Of a DNA stretch of 64,000 nucleotides, positions 59,309-64,000 are shown in pieces. How positions within the stretch are numbered: position 1 is the stretch's first letter; each line of letters begins with the position of its first letter. This stretch comes from Candidatus Aenigmatarchaeota archaeon (GTDB lineage Archaea > Aenigmatarchaeota > Aenigmatarchaeia > QMZP01 > QMZT01). The position numbers were made by a program, and so were the translations under genes. The stretch is taken from assembly GCA_041489155.1 (NCBI GenBank), contig JBGPQP010000001.1, forward strand, positions 87,824-151,823, written 5' to 3'. The notes beneath the pieces are model-generated. The model did not search any database and was not told where the DNA came from. It saw only the letters and a program-made list of their open reading frames with translations.

Positions 59309-60255
59309 AGCTTAATCGCCCCGTATACGAGACCAATGCCGAAAACAGCGGTTCTGAGTATTGAAATGAACGGTGTTAAAATTCCAACAATTTTGTCTTT
59401 TCTGAAATTTTTCAGTGATAATGGAATAGTTGAAACTAACAGAAGTATTGCAAACAACGAAGAAAAGTAAGCACTGAGTGGCATAAGAAAATAAAGCATC
59501 GCTAGTAGAAGCGAAAGAAAAAGAAAGGCTATTTGGATTTTCAGCGTCTGCGGTGTGTAGGATTCGCTTGCCATCTTGTCCGGATGCTTTTTGTAGAGCA
59601 GCACACGCCAGTATGCTCTGAAGAATTTCTGTTTGAGGTAGGGGCCCAGCGAACTGACATGATTGTGATAGACAATAGCTTTATCATTAAAAACCATCTT
59701 ATATCCTGCTTTTGCAAGTTTGAATGAAAGTTCGGGGTCCTCACCAGATGCCACGGGAAATGTCTCGTCGAAGCCACCGGATCTAATAAAAATATCCTTC
59801 TTGTAGCCAGCTGAATACGAGCCTATAAAATCGATGTGTTTGAATCTCTTCATCCTGTCGTACCTGTCTTCTATTTCTAGCTGCACGAACCTGGCCATGA
59901 CGCCTTTCTGCGTTGTGCTGTATCTTCCCTGGACGCCGACAATTGCCTTGTCATCGAATGGTTTTGCCATCTCGGAAACCCAGTTTTCATGCAGAGTGCA
60001 GTCTGCATCCGTGAAAAGGAGTATGTCACCCTTTGCCTTTTTAGCGCCAAAATTTCTTGCAGCAGCCGGTCCCTTGTGCATCTGCTCCAGAAGGATGACG
60101 TTCTTGTATTTTCTGACGACGTCCTTTGTTCTGTCTGAAGAACCGTCATCGACCACTATTATTTCATCCGGCCCCTTTACCTGCTTCATAAGCGATTCCA
60201 GGCATCTGCCAATGATGCCTTCGCCGTTGTAAACCGGAATTATAACGGATATCAT
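59305..60255 (-). CDS. GT2 glycosyltransferase with C-terminal TM helices
   Basis: VIIPVYN, DDGS, FTDADC, GGFDE, GED. Confidence 0.9.
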   Translation of the reverse strand: MISVIIPVYNGEGIIGRCLESLMKQVKGPDEIIVVDDGSSDRTKDVVRKYKNVILLEQMHKGPAAARNFGAKKAKGDILLFTDADCTLHENWVSEMAKPFDDKAIVGVQGRYSTTQKGVMARFVQLEIEDRYDRMKRFKHIDFIGSYSAGYKKDIFIRSGGFDETFPVASGEDPELSFKLAKAGYKMVFNDKAIVYHNHVSSLGPYLKQKFFRAYWRVLLYKKHPDKMASESYTPQTLKIQIAFLFLSLLLAMLYFLMPLSAYFSSLFAILLLVSTIPLSLKNFRKDKIVGILTPFISILRTAVFGIGLVYGAIKL

Positions 60256-61700
60256 TTCAACACTGCTCCGCTCCTCCTGAAAAGGTGTTTTGAGAATATT
60301 CTTAAAGCTTTGAACGTCCTTGTGAATTCCCCTGGATGCATGATAACCTGCGCCATTTTTGAAACTATATAACTGCCACGCATGTAATATTCCTTTCTGG
60401 CCTGATCACATAATTTTATCAACTCTTCTGCAGGCAGATCTGGCCTAGAAACCGTTGTGCTGTGGAAGCCGCTGCTGAGGAGCCATTTGGAGAAATCTTC
60501 AGTTGCCAGATGCCCTGAATTTCTGGCCCACTTGTAGGCTTCTGTGCCGGGGTAAACCATCAGAGGATAAAACTGCGCGGTGTCCGGGCTAAGCTCTTTT
60601 GCGAATTTTATCGTTTCTCTTATGCTTTCTGTCGTGTCACCCGGGAGGCCGAGTATGAAACATCCGTTTACCAGCATGCCGGCTTTCTTGGTGTTCTTCA
60701 TGAACTCGGCCTGGAGCTCCCTTGTAGTTTTCTTATGAATGTTGTCAAGTACATTCTGTTTCGGTGTTTCGAAGCCTACGCACAGAAGCCTGCACTTCGC
60801 CTTATTCATCAGTCTGAGCGTTTCAAGGTCGGTATTGACCCTCGCATTGCACGACCATTTGAGCCTGTTATTGTTTTCTATCAGCAGGCTGCATATTTTA
60901 TCAGTTCTTTCCTTGATGACCGGGAATGTGTCATCCTCTATCATGACTTCTTTCACGAAGGGAAGCTCGTTTTTTATGTACTCAAATTCGGCTGCGACAT
61001 TTTCAGGTGATCTGTAGCGATAGGATGATTTGAATGGGATATTACAAAAGGAGCAGTTGTAGGGACAGCCTCTTGCCGTCAGAATCGTTACCTGGGGCCA
61101 TTGGAGCGAAGCGTAAAAATATTTTTTTATGTTCAACTGTTTTTTGTAAACCTCGGAAACGAACGGCAAATCATCGAGGTTTTTGATGGCCGGCCTGTTC
61201 GGGTTATGGATTATTTTTAAACCTTTTCTGAACGATATCCCCTTTACATTTTTCAGATCCTTTCCTTTTTCGAATGTTTTTGCCAACTCGACAACCGTCT
61301 CGTCGTATTCACCCCTGCACACAGAATCGATGTTGCCGGGCATATTCAGCGTTTCTTCCGGGAGGCGGGTGGGATGCGTGCCTACAAGGGAAACGTGACC
61401 CGTACCCGAAGCCTTTATTTTCGAGGCCAAAGCGACATCGTTATATATGCTGGGCGTGCTTGTGTCAATTATTACCAAATCAGGCTGGAAAGTCTTGACA
61501 TATTCCATGGTTTTGCGTTCATCCCATTCGTTTGCGACCGCATCGACAAGCCTTGGTGAAAAGCCGTGCTTTTCAAGGTTGCCTGTTGCATATGCTAAAT
61601 AATACGGATAATAAAACGTTCCACTTTTGGTTACGCACGGCGAACGCGATTGCCTTGAATATCTGGGTAGGAACGGGGGATTTAGCATCAAAATTTTCAT
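60252..61700 (-). CDS. B12-binding-domain radical SAM enzyme (HpnJ-like), second copy
   Basis: LNPPF...YYPYYLA, GEYD, ARGCPYNCSFC, VGFE, GLPGDT, YPGT. Confidence 0.88.
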   Translation of the reverse strand: MKILMLNPPFLPRYSRQSRSPCVTKSGTFYYPYYLAYATGNLEKHGFSPRLVDAVANEWDERKTMEYVKTFQPDLVIIDTSTPSIYNDVALASKIKASGTGHVSLVGTHPTRLPEETLNMPGNIDSVCRGEYDETVVELAKTFEKGKDLKNVKGISFRKGLKIIHNPNRPAIKNLDDLPFVSEVYKKQLNIKKYFYASLQWPQVTILTARGCPYNCSFCNIPFKSSYRYRSPENVAAEFEYIKNELPFVKEVMIEDDTFPVIKERTDKICSLLIENNNRLKWSCNARVNTDLETLRLMNKAKCRLLCVGFETPKQNVLDNIHKKTTRELQAEFMKNTKKAGMLVNGCFILGLPGDTTESIRETIKFAKELSPDTAQFYPLMVYPGTEAYKWARNSGHLATEDFSKWLLSSGFHSTTVSRPDLPAEELIKLCDQARKEYYMRGSYIVSKMAQVIMHPGEFTRTFKALRIFSKHLFRRSGAVLK

Positions 61701-61854
61701 TGTTCTATACTCCTTTTCTTTTCAAATTTCTGTGATGATGATGTGCTAGCCATATAACGCTATATAACAAAAATAATTTAAGATTATATAAAAATAGAAT
61801 GCACCGAATGAACTAGTTTTTATAAATAAATATATTAAACTATTATAGCTCGCA

Positions 61855-63384
61855 ATGATTCCAATGAAACGCATGAAGAATTATATCAAGAAGGAATATG
61901 TTTGGTTTTATTTTGCAATAATAGTATGTTCATCGCTCTTGTTCTTATCATTCTACAATATTTTTAGTATAACTTATACTTTCCCGCTGAAGTTGACGGA
62001 TATAAGTGAACATATGGTTAGGTTCCACTTGCTTCTTAATTACGGGTTCCATTCTCACATTCCGAACTGGTACGGTGGATATACTCTTTTTTTAAGTTAC
62101 CCCCCTCTATTCTCATATTACGTATGGCCTTTTTATTTGCTTACAAATGATATACCTTTAGCTTTTTATCTGTCTTTGATTTCTGCTTATTTTTTTCTAT
62201 TTATATCCGTTTTCCTTTTATGTAAGACACAAAAATTTACACTAACCAAATCCCTGACTTTCTTCTTCATAGTTTTCGGTAGCAGATTTGCACTATCAAT
62301 TTTTTTTGAATTCATGAGACTCGGTGAACTTATAGGATGGATTTTCTTTATACTTTTGTTCACAAATGTACTTTACTATAAAGAAAGGGTATTAGATAAA
62401 AAATTCATTTTAACTTTCATTTCTTTATTGGCTTTTATAATACTCTCGCATTTTTATCTTATTATATTTAGTATTTTTATCATATTACCATTCATCTCAA
62501 TAAAGGCAAACAAACAAAGAATTATAATAATATTATCATCGATTGCTTCGCTAGTTTTGACATCTTTCTGGTGGTTACCCTTCTTAAATGAATACTTCTT
62601 TGGCCAAACCTTCAAGCAGTCACTTTTCGGTTATACACATGGCGTGGTAACATCTGCATGGATAATATTCATACCTTCTTTTCTATGGGTTGCTGTCTAT
62701 TCATATTTCGAAGAAAAGAAAGCAGAGAAAAAAGACCTAATTTTGCTACTACCAATACTGTTTTTGAGTATATTATTTTTTTCTCGCCTTATAGCTTATG
62801 TCCCCATATTTAATGAGATCTTCGTCAATTCCTATCTGTTGATTTTCCTTTTAATTGGTTTATTATTTTTCTTCAAGAAAGAAAGATATAGGAGATGGTT
62901 CGATAAATTGATCCTTTTTGCGGTTGTTGTACTTCTACCGATAGCTTCTGTTATTACATATTTATATCCTTTAGAAAACTTCTCATTGGAAAAATACAAT
63001 GAAAAACCGATGATCGAGGAGATGGTTTCCGTTATGCCTAATATAAACAGCAGTTTCATTATTTTACCTGAATATGAAGAAGAAACAACCGGATATTTGT
63101 TTTCTGCTAAACCATTTTATTGTTATGGAGTCATATACTATAATCTCACAACTCCTTCAGGATGGTATCCTCCTGCAGCAAAGGCAGAAAGGATTAAAAA
63201 AATATTACTACTTGAAGATGCCGTCAGAAAAGGAAACTGCTCGGAAATTAATTCACTAAGTAAAAATATTTCTGCAGATATTTTAATCTCATATGAACCT
63301 TATTGTAATAGTTTGGAAGAGTGTTCAGTTTTAAAGGAAATAACAAAGATGAAATATATTTGTATATTTGAAATAGAACCATAA
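61855..63384 (+). CDS. Polytopic membrane protein, probable GT-C fold glycosyltransferase
   Basis: D..EH loop, WYGGY.LF..YPPL motif, about 11 TM helices, FWWLP, soluble C-terminal domain; very AT-rich. Confidence 0.65.
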   Translation: MIPMKRMKNYIKKEYVWFYFAIIVCSSLLFLSFYNIFSITYTFPLKLTDISEHMVRFHLLLNYGFHSHIPNWYGGYTLFLSYPPLFSYYVWPFYLLTNDIPLAFYLSLISAYFFLFISVFLLCKTQKFTLTKSLTFFFIVFGSRFALSIFFEFMRLGELIGWIFFILLFTNVLYYKERVLDKKFILTFISLLAFIILSHFYLIIFSIFIILPFISIKANKQRIIIILSSIASLVLTSFWWLPFLNEYFFGQTFKQSLFGYTHGVVTSAWIIFIPSFLWVAVYSYFEEKKAEKKDLILLLPILFLSILFFSRLIAYVPIFNEIFVNSYLLIFLLIGLLFFFKKERYRRWFDKLILFAVVVLLPIASVITYLYPLENFSLEKYNEKPMIEEMVSVMPNINSSFIILPEYEEETTGYLFSAKPFYCYGVIYYNLTTPSGWYPPAAKAERIKKILLLEDAVRKGNCSEINSLSKNISADILISYEPYCNSLEECSVLKEITKMKYICIFEIEP

Positions 63385-63475
63385 GAGTTTTATACACTTC
63401 CCTATACCTTTAACTACATCTACTAAAATCTTATAATGCTAAACCCTTTCATATAATGTAATATGGTGTAAAGAA

Positions 63476-64000
63476 ATGAAAATTTGTATGTTCGCTAAGG
63501 GTTTGCCTGTTCATGTAATTGGCGGGCTTGAAATACACACACAAGATTTGATTGAAGGTTTGGCCAAAAATGGACATAGGGTAACGGTAATATGCACCAA
63601 ACATCCCAGGGGTGTTAAAACGGAGAAAAGAGGAAATATTGAAATTTTTTATGTCGGTGACAAATCCTTAAAGTTCACGAGAAATTTTTGCAAAGAATCG
63701 ATGAGACTGTTCAGAAAACTGGACAAGAAAGAGAATTTTGATGTGGTGCACAGCCAATCAACTTATGGATTTGGGTTTGCAAAATACGGCAAAGGCAAAA
63801 AACCATTTGTCATCACAATGCATGGTGGCTCATATAAAGATGAAATCAGGAGCGTGATTAACGGGGGAAGTATGAAAATTCTTTTTGTGGTTCCCTATAT
63901 GTATCTGAAGTATTTTTTATCTTATCATTCCAGATATAAATTTTTGTTTAGGGAAGCAAAAAAAATTATAAATGTGAGCGAAGAGGTCAAGAAGGACCTA
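63476..64000 (+). CDS. GT4 glycosyltransferase (N-terminal part; runs off the window end)
   Basis: Manually read: MKICMFAKGLPVHVIGGLEIHT...GHRVTVI...FDVVHSQS...PFVITMHG. Confidence 0.82.
   Translation, partial: MKICMFAKGLPVHVIGGLEIHTQDLIEGLAKNGHRVTVICTKHPRGVKTEKRGNIEIFYVGDKSLKFTRNFCKESMRLFRKLDKKENFDVVHSQSTYGFGFAKYGKGKKPFVITMHGGSYKDEIRSVINGGSMKILFVVPYMYLKYFLSYHSRYKFLFREAKKIINVSEEVKKDL

Noticed and set aside
1..64000. CRISPR arrays, rRNA, transposases, integrases, and the many antisense ORFs of 60-240 aa
   Set aside because: No regularly spaced repeats, rRNA signatures or mobile-element motifs seen. The antisense ORFs are shadows of well-supported genes.

Overview
This is a gene-dense archaeal chromosome segment, shown by Orc1/Cdc6, NAC, RpoL, TFS, Dph2, AglB, archaeal secF-secD order and TATA-type promoters. 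A DPANN/Aenigmarchaeota-like affinity is only my impression from sequence style. Positions 1-39 kb are housekeeping: amino-acid energy metabolism, a replication locus, Ca-ATPase, N-glycosylation (AglH-like, AglB), upper mevalonate pathway, a serine module, secretion and transcription genes. Positions 39-64 kb are a large, partly AT-rich surface-glycan island with glycosyltransferases, a duplicated heptose pathway, two HpnJ-like radical SAM enzymes, and a UbiA/GtrA lipid-linked pentose module. The standout is the replication locus at about 6.1-14.1 kb. It has ORB-bearing origin DNA, then cdc6, then a shortened PolD small-subunit (DP1) homolog that has lost its exonuclease motifs. A second ORB cluster lies 5 kb away, next to a Pol-delta-like PolB whose C-terminus carries a DP2-type Zn finger. 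Together these suggest a eukaryote-like 'PolB + inactive B-subunit' replicase in an archaeon. I saw no rRNA, tRNA, CRISPR array or transposase. All family calls come from motif recognition by eye, not database searches.
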